Under the pieces are notes generated by a model. It did not search any database and had not been told where the DNA came from. It worked only from the letters and a program-made list of their open reading frames with translations. Below are positions 19,538-28,759 of a stretch of DNA of 64,000 nucleotides, piece after piece (position 1 is the stretch's first letter; each line of letters starts with the position of its first letter). The stretch lies in NCBI GenBank assembly GCA_039818205.1, contig JBCBUK010000005.1, positions 96,001 to 160,000 on the forward strand, read 5' to 3'. The translations under genes and the position numbers were made by a program. The DNA is from Verrucomicrobiota bacterium (GTDB lineage Bacteria; Verrucomicrobiota; Verrucomicrobiia; Opitutales; Cerasicoccaceae).

Positions 19538-20875
19538 TCAATTGAATCGCATCTGGCTGCGTGGAATCGTTTGAGTCCAGAGTTGGCCTCCCAAGGTGTT
19601 GAACACCGAAATCGTAATTTGGCGATCTCCTTCAGCTCCATGAAAACGCATGGTCGCAAACTGACGAGTGAAAGTCGATGTACTGGGCACGCGGTAGAAA
19701 TTGAGCTCACGGGTTTTCTCCGCGGGACGGTCGGTCAGAGGCCCCAACGTCAGCTCATAAAGATCTGGTGCATTGGCGCGAACCATCTTGGTAAACTCTC
19801 CAAAATCCTTTCCGCCCGCGACAAAGATCAGACCTTCGATTTTATCATCCTTGAGCTTGTCTATCATGCGTTCCTGCTCCGGCTTGGCCATGCGCAGGTT
19901 GCGCGGAATCTCAACTGGGCTCAGCGCAGGAGTACCCGAAACAACGACCTTAAAGGTGGCATCACTTTGGCGCAAGCTGCGGCGCAGCCACTCAAGCTGC
20001 TCGTCCCCGAATACCTTCTTTTGCTTAGGCACCGTATGGTCAAGATCCCGGTTAGTGCGGTCATCAAGAATGTAGAATTCTGCGTCGCCGTAGCGAACCA
20101 CAGTCGCCATTCCGTCGACGCTCTGTGGCGATGATGGGTTGGCCCAAAACAGATCGAAAACCTCCTGCGCGCTTCCGAGGTTGTTAAAGTGTTTTCCATT
20201 GTTGGTTGGGCCAAACTCGCCCTGACTAAAGGCGGCGACTTGGGGCACCTTCGCCAACAGCGGCTGAAGCTCGGGTTGCTTTCGATTGAAACTGTAGCGC
20301 TCGATCATGCCTTCGCGAGAACCCCAATCGGGTTCGCGAAGGTTAACCGCATCGCCTGCCCAAAGCATGAAAGCTGGATCCTTCGCAAGGATTGCGAGGA
20401 AAATGTCGTAGCCATCGCCAGGACTGCGATTGAGTGGATCGTAAAGCTCGTCATTGACCCGGTTATCACTGCCCAAAGCAATGGTGAAATCCGGTGGTGG
20501 AGCCCGGTCCGTGAAAAAAGGTGTCGTTGAAAACTCCGTTGCGTGGTCCGACTGAACAGCGGTTCCGTTGATCACAACGGAATACTCATAGGTCGTTCCT
20601 GGAACTAACGGCGCCGCGGCTGCCTCGGCAACAAAGCCGTTGGCTTGTTGCGTCTCAACCGTTGGCGTCTGATTGCGCTGACCGGGATAACCTTTTGGCC
20701 AGTAGGCGAAGGAGACCTTGGCTGGTGCATCTGTCTGCACCCACAGCGAAATTGCTCGCATCTCGGGCGCACCGACCATGGGACCAGCCACAATTTTAGC
20801 CGCGTTCAGGGAAGAAAAAACGGCCAACAAAGTAACCGTGACGAGGAGTAATGATCGATGATAACAAGCCAACAT
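19538..20875 (-). CDS. PhoD-family phosphatase homologue with degenerate metal-binding motifs (probable pseudoenzyme), secreted
   Basis: Signal peptide, GPMVG...LWVQT, L.PGTTYEY (FN3-like), LREPDW, LFWANP, LDDR, G.EQLEWL, ATFKVV; catalytic motifs substituted (see findings). Confidence 0.85.
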   Translation of the reverse strand: MLACYHRSLLLVTVTLLAVFSSLNAAKIVAGPMVGAPEMRAISLWVQTDAPAKVSFAYWPKGYPGQRNQTPTVETQQANGFVAEAAAAPLVPGTTYEYSVVINGTAVQSDHATEFSTTPFFTDRAPPPDFTIALGSDNRVNDELYDPLNRSPGDGYDIFLAILAKDPAFMLWAGDAVNLREPDWGSREGMIERYSFNRKQPELQPLLAKVPQVAAFSQGEFGPTNNGKHFNNLGSAQEVFDLFWANPSSPQSVDGMATVVRYGDAEFYILDDRTNRDLDHTVPKQKKVFGDEQLEWLRRSLRQSDATFKVVVSGTPALSPVEIPRNLRMAKPEQERMIDKLKDDKIEGLIFVAGGKDFGEFTKMVRANAPDLYELTLGPLTDRPAEKTRELNFYRVPSTSTFTRQFATMRFHGAEGDRQITISVFNTLGGQLWTQTIPRSQMRFN

Positions 20876-20939
20876 ATCGATGCCGCCAGACTCAGTGAGC
20901 CGAGTAAACGGGTCAAGCTAAAGCCGCATCGGCAACAAG

Positions 20940-21683
20940 CTATTGGCCTGGCGGTGGTGGGCGATTCTGGTTACCCCGCGAACCTTGGCCTTCTCGAGGC
21001 CGATTGACTCGGTATTCTTTGCGTCGCTTGTCGTCGCGATCGTCGCGTATTTCGGGCAAATTTCCTAAGTCATCCTGTTCGCGAGCCTGATCAACCAAGC
21101 CAGCGATAAACTGTTGCCGCTCCTCGCGTTCCATCCCCACGATCGTTTTTCGGATCTCCATGCTTTCTTCGCGAGGCAGGCTCATCATGTAGCGATGGAG
21201 CACATGGCGATCTTCGCGAGACATCTTCTTCCAGTGGCGATGGGCGTCGCGAATCTTAGCAATTTTTTCTTCGTGCATCCCACGAAACGAGCGAATCCTT
21301 TCCCGCAAGGCCTCCTTCTCAGCATCACTCATGCTTTCAACGCGCTCAATCGCTACCCGAATTCGGGCAAGCTGCTCGGGAGGCATCTCTAAGAAACGCT
21401 CTAACGCATGCAGTTGTTCCATTTGCGCTTGGCCATCTTTGGCGTCGAGCGGCTCAAAGAGCAGATCGGGATCAATGTCCTGCAAGCTGTCCCCGGTTTG
21501 CAACCGCTCCGGGGCCGGTGGCGGCGGAGCGGATTCAGTCTCGCTCACTGGCTTCTGTGGTCGCCCACCAAACGGATCCTTGAGCTCCGGATACCGGCGA
21601 TCCGCCAGCAAGCTCGAGGCCACACCCAAGACCGCGGCCAAGAGGCCGATTTGGAGTGTGCGTAACTGGATTCGTTTGGACAT
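20940..21683 (-). CDS. DUF3106-like periplasmic helical-repeat protein
   Basis: Signal peptide; repeats FLEMPPEQ, ESMSDAEKEALR, WKKMSREDR, SLPREE, MEREERQ; located downstream of an ECF/anti-sigma pair. Confidence 0.7.
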   Translation of the reverse strand: MSKRIQLRTLQIGLLAAVLGVASSLLADRRYPELKDPFGGRPQKPVSETESAPPPPAPERLQTGDSLQDIDPDLLFEPLDAKDGQAQMEQLHALERFLEMPPEQLARIRVAIERVESMSDAEKEALRERIRSFRGMHEEKIAKIRDAHRHWKKMSREDRHVLHRYMMSLPREESMEIRKTIVGMEREERQQFIAGLVDQAREQDDLGNLPEIRDDRDDKRRKEYRVNRPREGQGSRGNQNRPPPPGQ

Positions 21684-21689
21684 GGTTGG

Positions 21690-22349
21690 TTAATTCAAAA
21701 AGCTACTCAGGGCGTTGAGGGTTTCGACATCGGCCAAAATCAAGGCATCACCCAGGGCCTCGTCCATCGTTAAAACAGATTCGTATTCAACAACTTCCGA
21801 GCCATCAGGAACGACGACATCATTGAACCCAGCGACTAGGGTATCATCATTTGATAGACCCTCTAATGGCAAAGGAGCCTCGACGATCACTTCGACTTCT
21901 TCGGGGATTGCTTCCGGCTGAGTATCCACGGTCTGGGGAGCCTCAACACCGATTCCGCTATCAGCAATCTCCGTCGAAGCACCCTGTGCCCGCTGGTCTT
22001 TGGCGTAATCGAACAGGGTCACAAAAGAAAAGATCCCGAGAACCATTGCTGCCGCGATACCACCAATGGCGATCGTCCAAGAAGGGAAGCCAACGACTTT
22101 GTCGTCTTCCGGCTCAGAGGAATCGGCGACTGCTGCCGCGACCACCTGATCTGCAAACCCCTGACTTGGAACCACTTCCTGAGACTCGAGCATAAAGTCG
22201 AGCTCCTCATCGAACGCCGCCTCATCCAGCCTATCGGACTCCGCTTCCAAGCGGTCCAAAGTCCGGTCAGCCAGGTCTTTGGACGGCTTGGGAAGCCGAG
22301 CAGCAAAGAGCTCGTCGAGCGGGTCTGGATTCTGGTCAGGTGTTTTCAT
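21690..22349 (-). CDS. Putative single-pass anti-sigma factor
   Basis: LDELF...PS.DLADR and PSQGFADQV cytoplasmic motifs, one TM (IGGIAAAMVLGIF), acidic periplasmic tail; directly follows the ECF sigma gene. Confidence 0.7.
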   Translation of the reverse strand: MKTPDQNPDPLDELFAARLPKPSKDLADRTLDRLEAESDRLDEAAFDEELDFMLESQEVVPSQGFADQVVAAAVADSSEPEDDKVVGFPSWTIAIGGIAAAMVLGIFSFVTLFDYAKDQRAQGASTEIADSGIGVEAPQTVDTQPEAIPEEVEVIVEAPLPLEGLSNDDTLVAGFNDVVVPDGSEVVEYESVLTMDEALGDALILADVETLNALSSFLN

Positions 22350-22369
22350 GAGTGATCGTTAATATGGCA

Positions 22370-22395
22370 AACGCAGGGCGATATAAAAAGTTTCA
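22370..22395 (-). promoter_or_regulatory. ECF-sigma-type promoter upstream of the anti-sigma gene
   Basis: Minus strand TGAAAC-N16-CGTT, resembling the SigW-type TGAAAC-N16-CGTA. Confidence 0.6.
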
Positions 22396-22440
22396 AATTT
22401 TCGAGATATTTCGCGGCTATAAGGGTGAAAATTGTGGCTA

Positions 22441-23025
22441 TTAGTGATCGTTGGATTGGTAGAAATCGGACAGTTCTTCCTTTAGCTTTTGTCGTGCCCG
22501 ATGGATCCAGCTTTTGACCGCTGACTCCGACGCCTCCATGGATTTGGCGATTTCCTCGTAACTAAGCTGTTGCTGCTTGAGAAGCAAAATGGCGGTCCGT
22601 TGTTTTTCGGGGAGCTTTTCCAAGGCCTTGGCGAAGGCTTCTTCGAGCTCGAGCAACCGCAGTTTGTCACGACCCGGCGTGCTTGCATGCAGATCGGCGG
22701 GATCAACCGTGTCCAACGGTTTGCGCCCCTGGCGGCGAAACTCATTGATCAAAACGCGACGCGCAATGTGGAAGAGATAGGTGGAGAATTTTGCCGTAGG
22801 CTGATAACGATCGGCCGCCCGATAAATGCGGATAAACACCGTTTGCGCGAGATCTTCCGAAGATTCAACCGAACGCAGCGAACGATAGAAAAAATTGATC
22901 AGTGGCCCCTGCCAATGTTCGATCAGCTCCCGTAGCGCCGCCTGATCCCCCTGCGCGACTTTCATCATCAACGCGGCATCGGGGTCTAGCTTTGTCTCAT
23001 CTGGCACGGGCACCTCATTCGACAT
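22441..23025 (-). CDS. ECF-family RNA polymerase sigma-70 factor
   Basis: DAALM..V..GD..A, SEDLAQTVF, FSTYLF.IA, LPEKQRTAILL, LSYEEIA, SAVKSWIHRAR. Start at ATG 23025 or 23034 rather than 23199. Confidence 0.95.
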   Translation of the reverse strand: MSNEVPVPDETKLDPDAALMMKVAQGDQAALRELIEHWQGPLINFFYRSLRSVESSEDLAQTVFIRIYRAADRYQPTAKFSTYLFHIARRVLINEFRRQGRKPLDTVDPADLHASTPGRDKLRLLELEEAFAKALEKLPEKQRTAILLLKQQQLSYEEIAKSMEASESAVKSWIHRARQKLKEELSDFYQSNDH

Positions 23026-23103
23026 GGCACGCATCTTAGAGGAGCCTTGAGTCGATTGCCAAGCGGGAAGCTCGCTCGATATCGCAGGATTCACATATCG
23101 GTT

Positions 23104-23129
23104 AACCCGCCTTCGGAGAGAAAGTTGCA
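23104..23129 (-). promoter_or_regulatory. ECF-sigma-type (probably autoregulatory) promoter upstream of the sigma gene
   Basis: Minus strand TGCAAC-TTT...-GGTT with a 16-nt spacer, the same architecture as 22370-22395. Confidence 0.55.
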
Positions 23130-23215
23130 AACCCGCCGAAAACTTCTCCCAGGAACCGAATCGGTCCGGCACGACATCAGTTGACGTGACCCAGGCCAAT
23201 CAAACACGCCTCGAA

Positions 23216-23485
23216 CTACAGGCTATCAGCGACGTCTTCGACCCGTTCGCCAACGCCATCGGCCTTTTGCTCCAGATCGTCCGCCTTGTCCTCAACGTTG
23301 ACTTGCTTTCGGCCCAACGGATCTTGCATCCCAGTCGCCTCTTGCAATTCGCCCATCACTGGCCCGGTCTCGGTGGTTCGTTTACGGGCCGCACGTGCAG
23401 CGGCCATCGGCCAGGTTTCACACCCGACAAAGCAAAGCGTCAGGAGAATCAAAACAGGCGTGGTCAGTGAGCGTCGTTTCTTCAT
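23216..23485 (-). CDS. Small putative lipoprotein
   Basis: MKKRR, hydrophobic stretch, FVGC lipobox-like motif; starts 3 nt after the SLC13 stop. Confidence 0.6.
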   Translation of the reverse strand: MKKRRSLTTPVLILLTLCFVGCETWPMAAARAARKRTTETGPVMGELQEATGMQDPLGRKQVNVEDKADDLEQKADGVGERVEDVADSL

Positions 23486-23487
23486 CC

Positions 23488-25302
23488 TTAGAATTTCCAA
23501 ATGAGCGGTATAATTGCGACCGATACCACGAAATAAAGCAAATTCAGCGGAATCCCGACCTTGGCAAAATCAGAAAAGCGGTAGCCGCCCACACTATAAA
23601 CGTAAGTGTTGGTCTGGTAACCAATGGGCGTTGCAAAACTGGCGGATGAGGCCACACAAACCGCAATCGCAAAAGGTCGCGCATCAAGGCCAAGCGCTGC
23701 CGCGATCCCAATCGCCACCGGGGCCATCAACACGACCGTCGCGTTGTTGGAGAGAAATTCCGTGCAAATACTTGAGGCTAAGTAAACCAGCGCGAGCATG
23801 ACAAATGGCTGCGCACTTGGTGGAACGATCGATGACATCTCCACCAACTGATCGGCGACCATCCCCGTCGCCCCGCTATCTTCTAAGGCTTCACCCAGAG
23901 CGAGCATGCCGTAAATAAGCATGAGGATACGCCACTCCACCGAGGCATAGGCTTCCTTGGGCTTCACGATACCCAGAACCAAAATCGTGGCCACGACGGC
24001 AACCGAACCCGCGACAATCGGTAACTGAATGAAGCTAACCGCGGCGATCATCGCAATGACCAAGCCAACGACCAGCGGAAGCCACTTCTTGAGATTCTTA
24101 GCGGATACAGGTGGACGATCGAGCAGGATGATATCGTCGCTGCTACGCAAATTCTCGATCGCTTGATCCGTGCCCATCATAAGCAGGGTGTCGCCGAAAT
24201 CGAGCGGCAAGGTTTCCAGGCGCTCCCGCACGTTCCGTCCATGGCGGTGGACAGCGATGATGATCATCCGATAGCGTTGGCGGAAATTAATCTCTTGGAT
24301 GTTCTTGCCCACAATCGTGGACATCGGCCCGATCACGCCCTCCACAATCGCACCTTGGTGAGCGGCGATTTGCTCCAAATCCAGACCGCGCTCATGAACA
24401 AAGTCGATACCCTCGGTCGCCGAGGCGGATGCCAGGCTTGATGGGCGGCAGGACAGAACCAGGCGGTCCCCTTCTTCAAGCTTCGCTTGCTGAATGTTAC
24501 CGCGCACCGCAACACCGTCCCGGATAATCTCCATCAGCTTGAGCCCGCGCGCCTTCTTGAGGGCGGACTCCTTGAAGCTCTGGCCAACCAGGTCGGAATC
24601 GGGCTTCACGAAGGCTTCGGTAATGAATTCGCGCCGTTCCTCTTCTGAAAGGATTGCAGTCAAAGTTTCACGAACTGGGAGCAATTTCGGCCCGAATACG
24701 ACCAGGAAGAATGTCGCCACAAAGAGCAGCGGCAGACCAACCCAGGTGAGCTCAAACATGCCGAGCGGTGCCATATCGTAGTCCCGCAACATCTCACTCA
24801 TTAGGATGTTGGTGCTGGTACCCATGAGCGTACATACACCGCCAAAAATCGAGGCATATGAAAGCGGGATGAGCAGCTTGGACGCCGGCGTATCCATCTT
24901 GCGGGCAAGGCCGATCACCACGGGCATCAACACGACAACCACTGGGGTGTTGTTCATGAAAGCCGACACGAAGGCGACCGAGAAAATCATGATCACCAGA
25001 AACACACGCATCCGCAGCTTGGCCAAGCGCCCGAGCGCATCCGCCATCAGATCAATCGCCCCAACCTTCTCGAGCGATAAACTGATGATGAACATCGCCC
25101 CAATCGTTAACGGAGCGGGATTGGCGAAGACTCCGATCAGCTCATCCAAGGTCGGCAACTTGTCCGACCGAGTCACCATACTCACGAGCATCAAAATGCC
25201 GAATACCGCGATCGCGGTAACATCAACCGGGAGCTTTTCCAGGATGAAGCTAGCAATCGCGAAGACCAAAACGGCCACGACAAATATGATCTCCCAAGAC
25301 AT
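23488..25302 (-). CDS. SLC13/CitMHS-family permease with TrkA-C (RCK_C) domains
   Basis: SAFMNNTPVV, SKLLIPLSYAS, TLMGTSTN, central TrkA-C pair, FLSNNA, FATPIGYQTN, GGYRFSDF. Confidence 0.93.
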   Translation of the reverse strand: MSWEIIFVVAVLVFAIASFILEKLPVDVTAIAVFGILMLVSMVTRSDKLPTLDELIGVFANPAPLTIGAMFIISLSLEKVGAIDLMADALGRLAKLRMRVFLVIMIFSVAFVSAFMNNTPVVVVLMPVVIGLARKMDTPASKLLIPLSYASIFGGVCTLMGTSTNILMSEMLRDYDMAPLGMFELTWVGLPLLFVATFFLVVFGPKLLPVRETLTAILSEEERREFITEAFVKPDSDLVGQSFKESALKKARGLKLMEIIRDGVAVRGNIQQAKLEEGDRLVLSCRPSSLASASATEGIDFVHERGLDLEQIAAHQGAIVEGVIGPMSTIVGKNIQEINFRQRYRMIIIAVHRHGRNVRERLETLPLDFGDTLLMMGTDQAIENLRSSDDIILLDRPPVSAKNLKKWLPLVVGLVIAMIAAVSFIQLPIVAGSVAVVATILVLGIVKPKEAYASVEWRILMLIYGMLALGEALEDSGATGMVADQLVEMSSIVPPSAQPFVMLALVYLASSICTEFLSNNATVVLMAPVAIGIAAALGLDARPFAIAVCVASSASFATPIGYQTNTYVYSVGGYRFSDFAKVGIPLNLLYFVVSVAIIPLIWKF

Positions 25303-25406
25303 GGGTAAGGTGTATTAATTCCGAATGAGTAAATTGGGCAGGTGAAAAAACCGATAACTACTATACATTTCACCCTCGGCGTAAAGCCTCGAAAATTGGC
25401 CCAGCA

Positions 25407-25423
25407 TGGGTCAACTTGACCCA
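25407..25423. promoter_or_regulatory. 17-bp palindrome between ctaG and the SLC13 gene
   Basis: TGGGTCAA-C-TTGACCCA. Confidence 0.4.
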
Positions 25424-25424
25424 C

Positions 25425-26240
25425 CTAGCTGGCAGATTCCGGCAGCTGCGCCAGCTGTTCGCTATCGCGATTATCCGACTGATACCATGCGTAGAAGCAC
25501 CAGGCCAGCAGACCCAACGAGACACCCATGTTGGTCACCTTCATGATGACACCGCCCAATATCTGGTCCTGTAAGGGGGTTAAATCCGTTACCCGCGGCG
25601 CAAACTCATAAGTCGGATAAAGCACTTGGTCGGATAGCGTCAAGAAGGCGAACACTGGCAATTGACCAACCATCAATGAAAAGAGATAGAGCATTCGGGG
25701 CCCGTAGCCAATTGTCGGAACGAGCTTGGAGGGGCTGATTATCGGCCACCACATCATGACTGCCGGAATAAACATGCACCAATGCTCCAGGACGTGAGCC
25801 CACTTTTCTTGGAGCGCCAGCTCGTAGAGGGTCGGGATATGCCAAACCGTATAGGAGAGGTTAAAAGTCAGCCAGGCTACAAAGGGATTCGCCAGAAATT
25901 TAGCGATTCGGCGCACCGATTGCGGTTTCAGCAGCCAATCCACCAACCATTCCGGCAAGCCGCGGATCAACATGGGCGGCACCAGGTACACCAGCAACAT
26001 GTGTTGGAGCATGTGGGCACTAAACAGAAAATCCTCGCCCCACTGGTCCAGCGGTGAGCCAACCGTCAAATACGCCGCCAGCAAACCGCCATAGAACAAC
26101 AGGGCTTTGCGTGGCGAGTAAGTAGCCCCGGGGGCAATCTTGTCCCGGTAGGGCCCAACCGCCAAGGCATACAACCAACCCGCTCCAATGAGTATGAGGA
26201 GCAACAACGGTTCGGTGTGCCAATGTAACGGAATAGGCAT
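25425..26240 (-). CDS. ctaG: Cytochrome c oxidase caa3 assembly factor CtaG
   Basis: SPLD.....LFSAHM.QH.LL....PP, WHIP.LY, H.LEH, YP.Y, DQ.LGG.IMK. Confidence 0.9.
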   Translation of the reverse strand: MPIPLHWHTEPLLLLILIGAGWLYALAVGPYRDKIAPGATYSPRKALLFYGGLLAAYLTVGSPLDQWGEDFLFSAHMLQHMLLVYLVPPMLIRGLPEWLVDWLLKPQSVRRIAKFLANPFVAWLTFNLSYTVWHIPTLYELALQEKWAHVLEHWCMFIPAVMMWWPIISPSKLVPTIGYGPRMLYLFSLMVGQLPVFAFLTLSDQVLYPTYEFAPRVTDLTPLQDQILGGVIMKVTNMGVSLGLLAWCFYAWYQSDNRDSEQLAQLPESAS

Positions 26241-26279
26241 GAGCGCAAAAACTAACGTTCAGCCCGAATCTGCCTCACG

Positions 26280-27095
26280 TCAAAAGACTTTTTCAAATAG
26301 AATGTAGATCGTAAGGGGCAAAAAAAGTATTAGCGAAGAAATGGAGAGCACGAGCCGCTTCCAGGCGCGAATTAGGTTGTCGAGATAGAGCTTAATTGCC
26401 CCGATGAGTGCCTTCTGGGAAACTCTGCGGGCAAGATCGAGATTAATAGCATCATGGCCTTGGTCCTTGAGCTCTTTGAGCAAGCGATCTTCCAGCAAGA
26501 AACGTAGAAACCTAATTACCAACGACATACACCGCTTCACAATCCAAGCTCCGATCGAAAAGAAGCCTCGTTTCCCACGTTTCACGTTTTGCTCAAGTTT
26601 TGAAATAACCGATTCAATCGAGTCCGTAAATCGATCGAACGGAATACCGTCGCGGCCAAACTCTACTTCAGATAAGATAGCATCGATCATGGGATCGATA
26701 CACTCGTGTATTTTCTCCTCCATGTTGGTCAAAGCCAGAAGAACCCGCGTAGACCCAAAGTATACGAAACCAGCAATACTACCAAGTAGCGTGTAAGGCA
26801 GCGCGGCGATCAAGATGATGGCCCATCCAATAAACTCGATCCAGCCATGTGGACTGGTAACCAACCAACCCAGCAGCCACAATCCCATCAAAATTGCCAA
26901 AAAGGCATAAACAAATGCTCCCAACAATGCGCCAGCCCCGGAGAATAACGCGACAGGAAGCCCCAGCTCCCGTCCAAGGTATTTCAAGATTCCCCATAAC
27001 GAAATCTTTGGAAAGACCATTGGTTTCTCCATCAGGTCCTCAACTCTGATTGGACTGAAACTCGTTGAATCGTTTTCGTTCGAATGGTCTGCCAT
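26280..27095 (-). CDS. Hypothetical membrane protein
   Basis: 271-aa ORF filling the gap, with 3-4 hydrophobic segments; no family recognised. Confidence 0.65.
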   Translation of the reverse strand: MADHSNENDSTSFSPIRVEDLMEKPMVFPKISLWGILKYLGRELGLPVALFSGAGALLGAFVYAFLAILMGLWLLGWLVTSPHGWIEFIGWAIILIAALPYTLLGSIAGFVYFGSTRVLLALTNMEEKIHECIDPMIDAILSEVEFGRDGIPFDRFTDSIESVISKLEQNVKRGKRGFFSIGAWIVKRCMSLVIRFLRFLLEDRLLKELKDQGHDAINLDLARRVSQKALIGAIKLYLDNLIRAWKRLVLSISSLILFLPLTIYILFEKVF

Positions 27096-27214
27096 TGGAG
27101 CGAAAAGCTAACGACATCAATTCGTATTTCAATCGAATACATCTCTGGCCAAAGCATTCGCTAAACTCAACGATTGAAACCGCCGAAGAAACTTTTTCCT
27201 AGGGGCGGCGTTCT

Positions 27215-28753
27215 ATGGATATGCCTAAGTGGAACCCATCAGTTGCATGCCTCTTTGTTGGACTGGCCTGCCTAACAAACGTGGACGCGGCGAAGGTCTT
27301 GCTTATTATCGCCGATGACCTGGGCCGAGACAGTCTCGCGGTCTACAATGATGAACCAAGCGCCTCAATCCCTCCAACCCCGGCAATTGATTCGCTAGCT
27401 GCAAACGGCATACTGTTCAACCGTGCCTATGCCTATGGAACCTGCTCTCCAACCCGAGCCTCAATCCTAACTGGACGCTACGACTTTCGAACGGGCGTTG
27501 ATCGGCCGGAAGGTCCCGACCTAAAGGCCAACGAATTTACGCTAGCGGAGGCAATCGTCGAATCCGGTGTAATTGGTAGCCGCCTTGCCCAGATTGGCAA
27601 ATGGCACCTCGGAAGCGATCCGGATGCACCCAACGATCACGGTGGCTGGCCCCACTACGCAGGTATGCTGGGCGGAGGTGTCCCCAACTACTACAGCTGG
27701 ACCAAGACCGTCAATGGAACCAATACCAGCCGCTATACCGTGTACACCACCACGGATATCGTGGACGATGCGATCGACTGGATTGAAGATCAGGGAACCG
27801 AGGATTGGTTTCTGTGGGTCGCATTCAATGCGCCACACAGTCCGTTCCACCTGCCACCCAATGATCTTCATGACTACGACCACTTAGATGGCAGCGATGC
27901 CGATGTCGCCGCAAATCCACGCCCCTACTACGAAGCAATGGTCCAGGCAATGGATACCGAAATCTCCCGGCTTTTGGAAAGCATCGATCTTGCGGACACC
28001 ACAGTCATATTCATGGGCGACAACGGCACGCCCGGCCAAGTCGTTCAGTATCCCTTCGTCCGGGGGCACGCGAAAGGCTCCCTGTATGAAGGCGGAGTCA
28101 ATATCCCGCTGATTATTGCGGGACAGAGCATACCCCCTTCACTCGAGGGCAGCATCAATCAATCGATTGTCCATAGTGTGGATCTATATCGAACCATCCT
28201 TGATTTGTTCGGTGTGGATCCCGGGGTCCTGCCTCAAGAGCTAGCCTTTGATTCCCGTTCGTTCCATGCGGTGCTCACGGGTGCTAGCGATTCCCACACT
28301 CGCACGTTTGCTTATTCGAGCAAACCCGGGTCGGCGGGTGGAGCGGACACGATGCTCGTCAACGCCGACCACAAATGGATAGTGGTCGATGGTGGTGCAC
28401 AAGAATTCTACACACTTGCCGATGGCTTGGAGGAAGACACAGACTATTGGGGTGCACTTGACCAAGCACAGTTTGCATCCTATCAGCTTTTTCTTCAAGA
28501 GACTGAATCACTGCAAAACATACCGGAGATTTTTGAGACCTATCTGGATGATCAAAACCAATTCACACTTGAGCTAGGTTGGTTTGCCAACGCCCAGCTC
28601 ACACTACAAACTCGGTCCCACCTATTCGCGGGCGATTGGGAAGAGGTCGCGAGTTTCACGATGAGTGACGACAGCGGAAGCGTCTACTACCTCAGGGACA
28701 ATGCACCGTTCTCCGGAACCCAATTTTACCGAGTTGTGATAGACGAGATCTAG
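27215..28753 (+). CDS. S1 sulfatase, secreted, with a C-terminal verrucomicrobial-type extension
   Basis: IIADDLG, CSPTRASILTGRY, IGKWHLG, AFNAPHSP, MGDNGT, KGSLYEGG; tail ...W...QFYRVV. Confidence 0.92.
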   Translation: MDMPKWNPSVACLFVGLACLTNVDAAKVLLIIADDLGRDSLAVYNDEPSASIPPTPAIDSLAANGILFNRAYAYGTCSPTRASILTGRYDFRTGVDRPEGPDLKANEFTLAEAIVESGVIGSRLAQIGKWHLGSDPDAPNDHGGWPHYAGMLGGGVPNYYSWTKTVNGTNTSRYTVYTTTDIVDDAIDWIEDQGTEDWFLWVAFNAPHSPFHLPPNDLHDYDHLDGSDADVAANPRPYYEAMVQAMDTEISRLLESIDLADTTVIFMGDNGTPGQVVQYPFVRGHAKGSLYEGGVNIPLIIAGQSIPPSLEGSINQSIVHSVDLYRTILDLFGVDPGVLPQELAFDSRSFHAVLTGASDSHTRTFAYSSKPGSAGGADTMLVNADHKWIVVDGGAQEFYTLADGLEEDTDYWGALDQAQFASYQLFLQETESLQNIPEIFETYLDDQNQFTLELGWFANAQLTLQTRSHLFAGDWEEVASFTMSDDSGSVYYLRDNAPFSGTQFYRVVIDEI

Positions 28754-28759
28754 GGACAG

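Noticed and set aside
19292..20134. 280-aa plus-strand ORF
   Set aside because: Antisense to the ACP-like and PhoD-like genes.
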